Counted from the stretch's first letter, positions 8,721 to 19,330 are shown. The stretch: 20,000 nucleotides of DNA from Desulfonatronovibrionaceae bacterium (GCA_046539845.1 JBKHGE010000002.1:114721-134720); one strand, 5' to 3'. The notes: generated from the letters alone by a model not told the origin. Made by a program: numbers and translations.

Positions 8721-9821
8721 ATGGCAAAAAGAGATTACTACGAAATTCTGGGGGTTTCCAGGGACGCTTCAGCTGAGGATCTCAAAAAGGCCTACCGCAA
8801 GCTGGCCATGAAGTATCATCCGGACCGTAATCCCGACGATCCGGAAGCAGAGGCCAGATTCAAAGAAGCTGCCGAGGCCTACGAAGTCCTGCGCGATCCG
8901 GAGAGAAAGGCCAGATACGACCAATTCGGACATGACGGAGTTAACGGGGACGGGTTCCAGAATTTCAGCTCTGCCGAGGATATATTCGGTGCGTTCAGCG
9001 ATATTTTCGGGGATTTTTTCGGGTTTGGTTCCCGCAGGGGTGGCCCGCGTCCCCGTTCCGGCGTGGATTTGCGCTATGACATGAGCATCACCTTCCGTGA
9101 AGCGGCCAAGGGAACGGAAAAGGACATTGAAATCCCCAAACGGGAGACCTGCGAGCGCTGCTCCGGATCCGGTTCCGAGCCCGGTCACAGGCCGGAGACC
9201 TGTGAACACTGCGGCGGGGCCGGGCACGTCTACCGTTCGCAGGGCTTTTTCCGGGTGTCCATGCCTTGTCCGGCCTGCCAGGGCCAGGGAACCATTATCA
9301 GGCATCCCTGTGCTCAGTGCCGGGGGCGGGGGTTGATAAACGTAAACAAGAAGATCAGCGTGCGCATCCCGGCCGGAGTAGACAGCGGCAGCCGGCTTCG
9401 CGTGCGCGGCGAAGGCGAACCCGGAGAGCACGGCGGTCCGCCTGGCGATTTGTATGTGGTTATCCATGTCGAGGAGGACAAGATCTTCAGCCGCCAGGGC
9501 GAGGACCTTTTGACCCAAGTGGAGGTTAGTCTGGCCCAGGCCGCGCTGGGGGACAAGATCGAGGTCCCCACCCTGGACGAGCCAGTGACTATGGAGATAC
9601 CCAAAGGGGTGCAGAGCGGGGATTCATTTAGACTTAAGGGCTTGGGGCTGCCCAGGCTGGGGAGCACCAAGCGCGGGGATCTGCACGTAGTGGTTCAGGT
9701 CCGGACTCCGACCAAATTGACCAAGAGACAGGAGGAGATCCTGCGCGAGTTCGAACAGTTGGAACGGGAAAAGAGCGGGCACAAGATGAAGAATTTTTTC
9801 CGCAAGGTAATGGGCGAGTAG
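8721..9821 (+). CDS. dnaJ: Chaperone DnaJ (class A)
   Basis: J domain with YHPD, G/F-rich region with DIF repeats, four CxxCxGxG zinc motifs, C-terminal GDLYV. Confidence 0.98.
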   Translation: MAKRDYYEILGVSRDASAEDLKKAYRKLAMKYHPDRNPDDPEAEARFKEAAEAYEVLRDPERKARYDQFGHDGVNGDGFQNFSSAEDIFGAFSDIFGDFFGFGSRRGGPRPRSGVDLRYDMSITFREAAKGTEKDIEIPKRETCERCSGSGSEPGHRPETCEHCGGAGHVYRSQGFFRVSMPCPACQGQGTIIRHPCAQCRGRGLINVNKKISVRIPAGVDSGSRLRVRGEGEPGEHGGPPGDLYVVIHVEEDKIFSRQGEDLLTQVEVSLAQAALGDKIEVPTLDEPVTMEIPKGVQSGDSFRLKGLGLPRLGSTKRGDLHVVVQVRTPTKLTKRQEEILREFEQLEREKSGHKMKNFFRKVMGE

Positions 9822-9855
9822 CCGGAAGTCGGAAGGGCTTTCGTAGTTGATCTGC

Positions 9856-10335
9856 ATGAGCAAAAACAAGCTTTCCCATGTGGACGCCCGGGGCCGGGCC
9901 AGTATGGTCGACGTCGGAGACAAGGAGGTCACTTCCAGGCGGGCCGTGTTTGAGGCCTGGATATGTCTTTCGGCCGAGACTTTTACCCTGGTGGAGGAGA
10001 ATCGTATCTCCAAGGGCGATGTTTTGTCCGCGGCCCGGATAGCCGGGATAATGGCTGCCAAAAAGACCTGGGAGCTGATCCCCCTATGTCACCCGGTTTT
10101 TTTGGACCATATTGATGTGGGCTTTGATATGCACAGGGAAAGTGGCCGCATCCGGGTCTGGTCCGAGGTCGGAGCCGCCGCCAGAACCGGGGTGGAAATG
10201 GAGGCCCTGGTTGCGGTGCAGACCGCATGCATGACCATCTATGACATGTGCAAGGCGGTGCAACGGGATATAAGTATTAAAGATTGCCGCCTGGTGCATA
10301 AAAGCGGCGGCCGGAGCGGGGTTTACGACCGCTGA
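9856..10335 (+). CDS. moaC: Cyclic pyranopterin monophosphate synthase MoaC
   Basis: LSHVD...MVDV, KGDVL..ARIAGIMAAKKT, LIPLCH, TGVEMEAL, TIYDMCKAV, KSGGRSG. ATG at 9856 preferred over TTG at 9847. Confidence 0.97.
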   Translation: MSKNKLSHVDARGRASMVDVGDKEVTSRRAVFEAWICLSAETFTLVEENRISKGDVLSAARIAGIMAAKKTWELIPLCHPVFLDHIDVGFDMHRESGRIRVWSEVGAAARTGVEMEALVAVQTACMTIYDMCKAVQRDISIKDCRLVHKSGGRSGVYDR

Positions 10336-10404
10336 CCGAACCGGGGCTGACCCCCGGCCGGATCTTTTATGCCTTACAGGGTTAACCAGCCCGGCCCTTT
10401 TTCG

Positions 10405-10692
10405 TTAGCCTATCTCCAGTACCTGTTTTAGGACCTCTTTCTCCCCGCCTTCCTCGTTCCATTCCATATCCATGAATTCTGCAGTCCATTTGTTCCGAAT
10501 GGGGTTAAACCAGGTCCCGCCCATATATCTTTCCTCCTCGTCCCAGACCACGGCCTGAAAGCGGTGCAGGCGCAGCCCCTCAAGCATTTTTATTGCCCGG
10601 TCCAGGATATTTCCGTTGTTCAGGACCTTGGTCACCACTTCTGCCTCGCAATGGGTCATGGACTCGATGGTCAATCTCTCAGGTGTTTTCAT
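10405..10692 (-). CDS. Hypothetical protein (95 aa) immediately downstream of hisF
   Basis: ATG at 10692, 1 nt after the hisF stop; MKTPERLTIESMTHCEAEVV...; no family recognised. Confidence 0.65.
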   Translation of the reverse strand: MKTPERLTIESMTHCEAEVVTKVLNNGNILDRAIKMLEGLRLHRFQAVVWDEEERYMGGTWFNPIRNKWTAEFMDMEWNEEGGEKEVLKQVLEIG

Positions 10693-10693
10693 C

Positions 10694-11473
10694 TTACCAG
10701 ACCATGCGCACAGGCACACCCTTGTCGTGCATGATTTTTTTGATCTCCGGCAGGGTATATTCCCCGTAGTGGACTATGGAGGCGATGAGTGCGGCCGAGG
10801 CCCGGCCTTTTGTCACTGCATCGACCATATGCTCCGGGCTGCCAGCTCCCCCGGAGGCGATGACCGGGATACGGACGTGATCGCAGACAAGCCGGGTCAG
10901 ATTCAGCTCGTATCCGTCCTTGGTCCCGTCCGCATCAATGGAGTTGAGACATATCTCCCCGGCGCCGAGCTCCTCCATTTTTCCCGCCCAGTTCAAAGCG
11001 TCCAGCCCGGTCTTTTTTCTGCCCCCGTGGATAACTATTTCGTATCCGGAAGGGATGTCCGTGGATCGCTCAACCCGCAACACATCCATGCCGACTACAA
11101 TACACTGCGATCCGAAGGCGGCTGCCCCCTCGGAGACTATGTCCGGGTTCTTAACCGCAGCTGAATTCACGGAGATCTTCTCCGCCCCGGCCAGGAGTAC
11201 GTCGCGCATGTCCTGGACTGAAGCCACTCCCCCGCCCACGGAAAAGGGAATGAATATTTTTGACGCGACTTCCTCCACCACCCGGAGCATTATCCCCCGG
11301 CCTTCGGCCGAGGCGGTGATGTCGTAAAAGACAATTTCGTCCGCCCCGTTTTCATAATACAGCCGGGCGGTTTCCACCGGGTCGCCTATGTCCACGTTGC
11401 CCTTGAATTTTATCCCCTTGGTCAGTCTGCCGTCCCTGACGTCCAGGCAGGGAATGATCCTCTTGCTAAGCAT
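10694..11473 (-). CDS. hisF: Imidazole glycerol phosphate synthase cyclase subunit HisF
   Basis: Start at [12 protein letters not shown] (ATG 11473); [33 protein letters not shown]. Confidence 0.98.
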   Translation of the reverse strand: MLSKRIIPCLDVRDGRLTKGIKFKGNVDIGDPVETARLYYENGADEIVFYDITASAEGRGIMLRVVEEVASKIFIPFSVGGGVASVQDMRDVLLAGAEKISVNSAAVKNPDIVSEGAAAFGSQCIVVGMDVLRVERSTDIPSGYEIVIHGGRKKTGLDALNWAGKMEELGAGEICLNSIDADGTKDGYELNLTRLVCDHVRIPVIASGGAGSPEHMVDAVTKGRASAALIASIVHYGEYTLPEIKKIMHDKGVPVRMVW

Positions 11474-12104
11474 AAAGCTCCCCCCGGCAGTAGGAATTGA
11501 AGTTGGCCAGTATGCGCAGTCCGGGACGGCCGCTTTTTTCCGGATGAAACTGCATGGCCCACAGCCCTTCGCGGCCAAGTACGGAGCAAAATTTGGTCCC
11601 GTATACGGTCTCACCCAGGATATATTCCTGTTTTGGCTGTGGATAATAGGCGTGCACAAAATAAAATTCCGCGCTGGGATCCACCCCGGTGAAAAGAGGG
11701 CAGGGAGCAGTCAGCTCCACGTTGTTCCAGCCCATGTGCGGGATATTGATTTCCTCCCCCTTTTCGTCGGTCCAATCCGGGTCAAAGATTCGGCATTCTC
11801 CGGGGATAAGGCCCAGGGTGGAAGTGTTGTTCTCCGGGCTGTAATCCAAAACAATCTGTGAGCCCAGGCAGATACCCAGAAGCGGTTTGCTGTTTTCCAC
11901 ACATTCAGCCAGGGCCTGATCCAGCCCGCTGGAGCGAAGATAATCCATGGCCGATCCGGCCGCGCCCACGCCGGGGAAGATTATCCCTTCGGCCCGGAGA
12001 AGATCCTGTATGTTTTCGGTTATCAGGTTTTGGATTTCCAGATAATCCAGGGCCCGCTTGACGCTGGTCAGATTACCGGCATTGTAGTTGACAATGGCCA
12101 GCAT
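11466..12104 (-). CDS. hisH: Imidazole glycerol phosphate synthase glutaminase subunit HisH
   Basis: Start at [15 protein letters not shown] (ATG 12104, AAGGAG SD); PGVG, LGICLG nucleophile, QFHPEKS. Confidence 0.97.
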   Translation of the reverse strand: MLAIVNYNAGNLTSVKRALDYLEIQNLITENIQDLLRAEGIIFPGVGAAGSAMDYLRSSGLDQALAECVENSKPLLGICLGSQIVLDYSPENNTSTLGLIPGECRIFDPDWTDEKGEEINIPHMGWNNVELTAPCPLFTGVDPSAEFYFVHAYYPQPKQEYILGETVYGTKFCSVLGREGLWAMQFHPEKSGRPGLRILANFNSYCRGELYA

Positions 12105-12311
12105 TGATTCTCTCCTTTTTATTCCCTGCAGTTGATCAGGTGCTATTAGCAAAACCCGACGGGCCTGAAAAGGGTCTTTTTGTTCACCCGGGGGAGGCAC
12201 GGACTGTGTACTTTTGCCCTGCTTTGGGTTAGCAGGGTCCTGGCTTTGCCCCCCCGGCCGGGGCCCTGGGATTGGATATTGGCCGGGAAAAGCAAACACG
12301 GGAAAAGGGAA

Positions 12312-14074
<1,763 letters not shown>

Positions 14075-14160
14075 GCCGTAAGGTATGCCTTTTGTCCCCG
14101 CAGTCTCAGCATCCGGTTTTGTGTCGCTCTTTAACCGACCGAAAGCAGGGAGCAGGCCGC

Positions 14161-14186
14161 CGGTAAACCGGCCGGCCGGTTTACCG
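14161..14186. repeat. Perfect 26-bp palindrome downstream of tgt
   Basis: CGGTAAACCGGCC|GGCCGGTTTACCG is its own reverse complement. Confidence 0.85.
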
Positions 14187-14404
14187 CTGTTTACAATTTC
14201 TGTTTTGAGTGTTTATTTTACTCCCTGCCTGAGACAATAGATTTTGGAAGCCCCTGCAGGGCCGGGTGCAGAAGTAGGGAAAGACCGGAGGCTCTTGCTG
14301 ATTGTTTGCTGTGTTTTCGGCGGCCGGTGTCAATTACTTTCCCCGGGCTGGGGAAGACAGTTTCTTGCCTGCAGTTGTGGGCTAGAGCGAGGGTGCAGGA
14401 CGCT

Positions 14405-14710
14405 ATGGATACCTACAGACAGATAGCCGAGGCCAGAAGGGTCTTGGATCTCCCGGAAAGGGCGACCATGGAGGAAATCAAGTCCGCCTACAGGCGGGCG
14501 GTTTCCAGGTGGCACCCGGATAGATGCCGTGGAGACCGGGAAAAATGCCAGGAGATGACCCAGGAGATAAACGCCGCCTACCGGGTGATAAAAGACTATT
14601 GCGCCAATTACCAGTACTCCTTTGCCAAAGAGGAAGTGGAGAACTATATCTCCGAGGAGGAATGGTGGAAAAAGCGCTTTGGCAGCGGACCGCTCTGGGA
14701 CGAGGATTAG
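14405..14710 (+). CDS. Small J-domain protein (class C DnaJ-like)
   Basis: ARRVLDL...EIKSAYRR...WHPDRC...EINAAY, followed by a short tail YSFAKEEV...EEWWKKRFG. ATG at 14405 preferred. Confidence 0.85.
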   Translation: MDTYRQIAEARRVLDLPERATMEEIKSAYRRAVSRWHPDRCRGDREKCQEMTQEINAAYRVIKDYCANYQYSFAKEEVENYISEEEWWKKRFGSGPLWDED

Positions 14711-14866
14711 CGGCTTGCCTTTAATCTCTTAATGGCAGTAAAGCGGCAAAAAGATCAAACCCTTATATACAGATAAGCCCTTTTCCGCCCCTGATTTTTT
14801 TTGCGTCGTCCCTTGGGATTGGGAACGAACTGCAATATAGGGACTCTCAGCACTCAGCCAGCGAAG

Positions 14867-14904
14867 CCGGGCAAAGCCGCGGTCTGTCTTTTGGATTTGC
14901 CCGG
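14867..14904. terminator. Inverted repeat between the convergent J-protein and C69 genes
   Basis: CCGGGCAAA (14867-14875) ... TTTGCCCGG (14896-14904); no clear U-tract. Confidence 0.35.
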
Positions 14905-14930
14905 GCGATTGTGTTTATGTGTGCGCTCCT

Positions 14931-16670
14931 TTAATCTTGGTCCTGTTTCTCGTAGGCGGTGGGCCCGCTTTCATACCCGACTTCTTTGAGCCACCAAGCC
15001 GGATAGAACACTGCCTGGCCAATGCCGTTGCGGTCGTTTATATATCCGTCGTTGTATTTGATATACAGGTCTTTGGCCAGTTGATTCCAGGCGGAAAGCA
15101 CCTCTTCGGCGTGCCGGTCCGCATATTGGGTGAGCATTTCCCGAGCCTGGTTCTTGTCCCCGTGCTGCCATTTCCGCAACGCCTTTTCCTCCAGCTGCTT
15201 TGTCTCCTCAAAGGATCTGTCTTCAAATTCTGAACCTAGCTTGCGGATATCTTCGATCATGTACTGGTATTTGAGCATGGCGTAGTTGGCCACGTAGTTG
15301 AATGCGGTCCACATGCTGCCTGGATCGTATTTAAGGATGTCTGCCTTCTGGATACTTGCGGGCAGATCCTGCGCCCCGCAGTAAAAAGGCATCAAAACCG
15401 AAGTGGCTGGCCGGTCCGGACCGAACCAGACCCGCCCGCCTATGGGGTCCGGGAGCCAGGCCCGGGACTGGTTCACATAGGCGTAAACGCAGCGGTAGAT
15501 ATTCAATGGACGTTCAAAGGCGCCCTTTACCTCGCTCAGCTGCCCTTCCCGGTTGGCAATGCTTTCCGCTCCGCCCTCGAAGCGGTTGGGGTTGCCAAAC
15601 GCCCCGGCAGCCAGCCCTTTGGTCATGTCGAATTCAGTGCCCTGGTAGTTGTCCCGGTGGATGCGGAACAGATCCTTAACCCCCAGCTTTTCATCCGGCT
15701 TGATGCTGAACGGATATTCTTTGGTAAACGGGCCTTCGACCCAGGCGGAGAGATCCAGGGAAGGGGCGACAAGCGACTGCGCCCTCCATACCCGGCGCAG
15801 GGAGTAGTACGGATGGTGAAACTCCCCGTCTCCGTATACCCTGGCCCAGTCCAGAGGACCTTTTTCCGGGTCCCACCACCTCTTGTCCCGGGCGACATCA
15901 AAGATGTTTTCCGAATACATCATGTCCGCTGTCCCCTTTTTTACCTCCCGGATGCGGAACTGGTTGGCCGCGACAAAGAAATGCTCATCCGGGACCCGCT
16001 TGGCCACCCATACCCCGCTGTCCCCGTTGGGGTCGTATCCGCACATCTCCATTACCCAGGCCTCGTCCGGGTCGGCCACCAGCAGGGTTTCTCCGGTCCC
16101 GTAGTAACCGTATTCCCGGATCAGATCGCCCATGAGCCGCACGGCCTCCCGGGCGGTCGTGCATCTCTCCAGGGCCACATGGGACAATTCCGTGGAATAG
16201 AATATCCTTTTGCCCGCTTCCGGTTCGGGATGGACCTTGGCCTTGTCCGTGCATTCGCCTATGGAGAGCTGGTGTTCGTTCATGAGTCCGTAGTTGGCGT
16301 CAAAATAGGCATAGGTATGTCTTACCTGGGGAATATACCCCAGGGGTTTGGACTGCGGGAGATCCGGGTTTTTGTAGCCCGGTCCCCGGGTGTCTGTAAT
16401 CAGCCTTTGGGTCCGGCTCTTGTTCCATTTTTCCTTGTACCCCAATGAGCACGGGGTATAGTAGACTGTTCGCCTGGAGCCGGGCTCATGGTCCATGGCC
16501 GGGACATGGATTAGTCTGGCGTCCCCAAGCCCGTCATCAGAGTGGGAGACCATCACCGAACCGTCTTTTGAGGCCTTTTTGCCGACTATTGTTGTGGTGC
16601 AGGAATGGACTGGGCCGGAGAAAAATACCAGGATTAGGCTGCTTATGAGCAGGCTGGGCAGTATTTTCAT
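14931..16670 (-). CDS. Secreted C69-family dipeptidase (Ntn hydrolase)
   Basis: Signal peptide followed by N-terminal nucleophile CTTTIVGKKASKDGS; MNEHQLSIGE, ALERCTTAREAV, ANQFRI. AGGAG SD. Confidence 0.9.
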   Translation of the reverse strand: MKILPSLLISSLILVFFSGPVHSCTTTIVGKKASKDGSVMVSHSDDGLGDARLIHVPAMDHEPGSRRTVYYTPCSLGYKEKWNKSRTQRLITDTRGPGYKNPDLPQSKPLGYIPQVRHTYAYFDANYGLMNEHQLSIGECTDKAKVHPEPEAGKRIFYSTELSHVALERCTTAREAVRLMGDLIREYGYYGTGETLLVADPDEAWVMEMCGYDPNGDSGVWVAKRVPDEHFFVAANQFRIREVKKGTADMMYSENIFDVARDKRWWDPEKGPLDWARVYGDGEFHHPYYSLRRVWRAQSLVAPSLDLSAWVEGPFTKEYPFSIKPDEKLGVKDLFRIHRDNYQGTEFDMTKGLAAGAFGNPNRFEGGAESIANREGQLSEVKGAFERPLNIYRCVYAYVNQSRAWLPDPIGGRVWFGPDRPATSVLMPFYCGAQDLPASIQKADILKYDPGSMWTAFNYVANYAMLKYQYMIEDIRKLGSEFEDRSFEETKQLEEKALRKWQHGDKNQAREMLTQYADRHAEEVLSAWNQLAKDLYIKYNDGYINDRNGIGQAVFYPAWWLKEVGYESGPTAYEKQDQD

Positions 16671-16853
16671 CTTGCGCTCCTGTTGAAGTTGTTGCCTGGG
16701 GACTAAACGGGCAGACCGCAGCCCGGGGGGGACGGAAATTGTCTTTTACTCTCTAGAACACAGGGGCCGCCGATTAGCAAGCCTTATTCGGCCGGACCGG
16801 ACTTTTTCCGCCCTCCGCCGCTGTCAGGGAGCCGCTCCCAGAGTAAGCGGGGG

Positions 16854-16882
16854 TTGAAGAAGAGCCCTTTTCCCTGTAGACT
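16854..16882 (+). promoter_or_regulatory. Putative sigma70 promoter for fdhD
   Basis: TTGAAG-N17-TAGACT about 60 nt upstream of the fdhD ATG. Confidence 0.5.
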
Positions 16883-16941
16883 AAAGATTATTATGCCGAG
16901 GCGAGTGCTGGTTTGCGTCCGGCAAGCACGGGTGGAGAAGT

Positions 16942-17628
16942 ATGTCAATTACTGCTTTGAAATGCATTCAGTTTAAAGATGGCCATTTGCAGGAGATCAC
17001 GGACAAGGTGGCCTGCGAGGAGGAGATCGAGGTCTTCTGGCCCGGGGTGGAGCCGGTGCGGCTGTGGGCCATGCCCCGGGACCTGGAGGAATTGGTCCGG
17101 GGGTACTGTGGGACTGAATTGTGCCCGCCGCAGAGCAGGCCGGTGCTCGAGAGGCGCGAAGGACAGCGCTTTTATCTGCGTCCCGCCCCGTGGCCGGAGA
17201 AAGAGGCAGAGGAATCCGGCAGCCCGGGCCCTGATCTGGTGTTTTCCTGTATGCAGGATCTGCTCTCCAGATCCGGCTCCTGGGAAGAGACCGGGTGTTT
17301 CCATCGTGCGGCTGTTTTTGATAATCAGGGCAATATGTTGCGCATGACCGAGGACATAAGCCGGCATAATTGCATCAACAGGCTTTGCGGCTGGGCCATA
17401 GATACGGAGCAAAGTCTGGGTTCCGGACTCTTGTGCGTATCCGCTAGAGGGACGGCAAGCATAGTCCATAAGGCCCTGAAAGCCGGAGTAAGAACTATGG
17501 CCTGCAGGTCCGCGGTAACCACGGCGGCGGTGGAGCTGGCCAAAATGCAGGACATGGTCCTTATCGGTTTCGTGCGTCGAGACAGGCTCACTGTTTTTGC
17601 CGATCCCGGGAACCGGTTCACCGTCTGA
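16942..17628 (+). CDS. fdhD: Formate dehydrogenase accessory sulfurtransferase FdhD (short, divergent)
   Basis: DKVACEE, ETGCFHRAA, EDISRHNC, SARG...K, SAVTTAAVELA, LIGFVR. Confidence 0.85.
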   Translation: MSITALKCIQFKDGHLQEITDKVACEEEIEVFWPGVEPVRLWAMPRDLEELVRGYCGTELCPPQSRPVLERREGQRFYLRPAPWPEKEAEESGSPGPDLVFSCMQDLLSRSGSWEETGCFHRAAVFDNQGNMLRMTEDISRHNCINRLCGWAIDTEQSLGSGLLCVSARGTASIVHKALKAGVRTMACRSAVTTAAVELAKMQDMVLIGFVRRDRLTVFADPGNRFTV

Positions 17629-17792
17629 ATCCGGCGTGCTGTTTCTCGGCGCGGGGATTTTGTGGTCTGTTTTCCGGGTCGGGTGGATTTGGCGTGGACA
17701 CGAGCTCTGCTCCCGAGGGGGTATTTGGGGCGTTGACAGCCTGTCCCCGGGATTTGCAAAGCCGGGCAAACATTTTTTTTCAGAGGCAACCC

Positions 17793-18617
17793 ATGCAGCC
17801 GAGATTGTTCCATATTTTCCGCAACACCCCCTTCGGCCGGGAGACTCTCCTGCAGTCCATATATTTCTGCAAGGCGACCGGAGAGCGGCTTTATATTTAT
17901 ATCCCGACCAAAAAGCAGTTTATGCTCTATGTAGGCTCCAAGGCCATTCAGGTCGGGCTGGATTCCTCTTATCTATCCGATCCGGGCACAGCCGAGGACC
18001 ATTGCCGCCAGATATTGGATTACTCTGGATTTACAGCTGATTTTTTTCAGCCGGAAGAATACACCGCCTCTACTTTGCCGGATGTCCACCTTGATTACGA
18101 ATATCTGTGCTGTCCCCGGATTATAAGCGATTTGTCCACCAAGATCGGATTGGGCCAGATCGAGACCAAGGTGAGGCAGATCCTGAGGGAGGCCCCTTTT
18201 CCGGTGCTTATCCCCAGTCAGGTGTACAAGCCGTGGAAGTCGATCACTGTGTTTTTCGGCGGGTCAGAATCTGCAAAAAGCGCTCTTTTGTTCGCGGCCT
18301 CCCTGGCCGAGCGGGCCGAGGTCCCGTGCAGGATATTCACCCAGGATGAAGGCAAGGGGTGGGAGAGCTATGCTGACCAGATCAGAGAGCAATTGGGCGA
18401 GGCCTGGAGCGGGGAGTATGAATGGAAATTTTTCACCCAGGGGTCAATGCGGGACAATCTGTTCGAAGTGGAACACGATACCCTCGCGGTTATGGGCATA
18501 TTCGGTCATCCTCCGCTGAAAAAGGCGCTTTTCGGGAGTACAATGGAGCTTATTCAGTCCCATCTCCCAAACAGCCTTCTGCTGGTGGGGGATAAATGCT
18601 GCTTTCCGGGCGGGTAG
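17793..18617 (+). CDS. Universal-stress-protein-like protein
   Basis: USP-type motifs ILREAPFPVLIP, FFGGSESAKSAL, VMGIFGH...LFGSTMELI...LLLV; ATG at 17793 with GAGG SD. Confidence 0.7.
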   Translation: MQPRLFHIFRNTPFGRETLLQSIYFCKATGERLYIYIPTKKQFMLYVGSKAIQVGLDSSYLSDPGTAEDHCRQILDYSGFTADFFQPEEYTASTLPDVHLDYEYLCCPRIISDLSTKIGLGQIETKVRQILREAPFPVLIPSQVYKPWKSITVFFGGSESAKSALLFAASLAERAEVPCRIFTQDEGKGWESYADQIREQLGEAWSGEYEWKFFTQGSMRDNLFEVEHDTLAVMGIFGHPPLKKALFGSTMELIQSHLPNSLLLVGDKCCFPGG

Positions 18618-18632
18618 GCGTTCCCCGGGCAG

Positions 18633-18660
18633 AAAAAAAGCCCGAGCGATTCGGGCTTTT
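18633..18660. terminator. Bidirectional intrinsic terminator
   Basis: AAAAAAAGCCCGA-GCGAT-TCGGGCTTTT between convergent genes. Confidence 0.85.
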
Positions 18661-18665
18661 GTTGT

Positions 18666-18902
18666 TTATAGGCTTGCCTGGCCGGGTCTTATGGGTCTCT
18701 GGCAGGCCCGGATCTGAAGCTCCTGGACTATAAGCCGTTCGTAATCAACGGCTGGACGGGCCTTAAACCGACTGTTTTCGTTTTCCAGATAGGAATCCAG
18801 GAACTGACTTTCTTCCCAGAAATCCAGGAGTTCGTCCTCTTCCAGGATCCGCAGCTGTTCTTCCAAGGCATAATTTTCCGAGTGGGGAAAAAAGCTTCCC
18901 AT
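18666..18902 (-). CDS. Small acidic hypothetical protein (78 aa)
   Basis: Strong SD (AAGGAGG); LEEDELLDFWEESQ...YERLIVQEL; ends at the bidirectional terminator. Confidence 0.75.
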   Translation of the reverse strand: MGSFFPHSENYALEEQLRILEEDELLDFWEESQFLDSYLENENSRFKARPAVDYERLIVQELQIRACQRPIRPGQASL

Positions 18903-19004
18903 TCTGTTCTTATCCCTCCTTAGTTTTTACTGTCCGTACTTTCCCCCTAACGCGTCGGATAAAAGATGGCAAATGTTTTTTTCTCCGGGTCCCGGACAGG
19001 CCTT

Positions 19005-19188
19005 TCAGCCGGAGTAGTCCGGTCTGTGCGGGGGGCTGTGGTCTCCGTGTTCGTGGCCGGTATGCCCCAGCGGATGGGCGTGCTTATGGACGTGCAGAAG
19101 AGCGGCAGAGTTCTGTTCGAGCCGTCCGTTTCTGAGTTGAAAGAAGTCATCGCAGGTGCGATCCAGGAAATCATAGTCGTGCGAGACA
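19005..19188 (-). pseudogene. Stranded 3' fragment of an ABC/ECF transporter ATPase (CbiO/NikO-like), interrupted by the IS
   Basis: Manual translation 19187->19005: VSHDYDFLDRTCDDFFQLRNGRLEQNSAALLHVHKHAHPLGHTGHEHGDHSPPHRPDYSG*. This matches an ABC H-loop (SHD), the terminal strands (..NGRL) and a His-rich tail. No in-frame start; an in-frame TAG lies in the IS end at 19208-19206. Confidence 0.75.
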
Positions 19189-19330
19189 TTGACATCCTCC
19201 CCTCCCTAAAGGAAGGGGATTCCTGGCTATGCAGCCAGGACCGGTACTCTGTCGCCATTTCCCGGCGGTTCCTGCTTCCGACCGCTTGTGCGATTCGATC
19301 CACAGGCCATCCCCCTCTGCCCGAGGGTTT
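19170..19330 (-). ncRNA. Putative TnpB omegaRNA (reRNA) scaffold plus guide; boundaries approximate
   Basis: Overlaps the tnpB 3' end and IS right end. GCCTGTGGA...GAAGCAGGAA motif; hairpins ATCGC-ACAA-GCGGT, TCCTGGCT-GCAT-AGCCAGGA and the subterminal hairpin; guide expected from flanking DNA beyond TCAA. Confidence 0.6.

Noticed and set aside
14130..14190. c-di-GMP-I riboswitch-like words (AACC..GAAA..GGGA GCA..TTACCG)
   Set aside because: The stem around GAAA does not pair and the GGCAAA and GCAAA elements are missing; the palindrome explains the region better.
14860..14905. GCAAAGCCGCGGTCT resembling part of a c-di-GMP-I riboswitch
   Set aside because: The GAAA-tetraloop stem is absent and the site lies between convergent 3' ends rather than in a leader.
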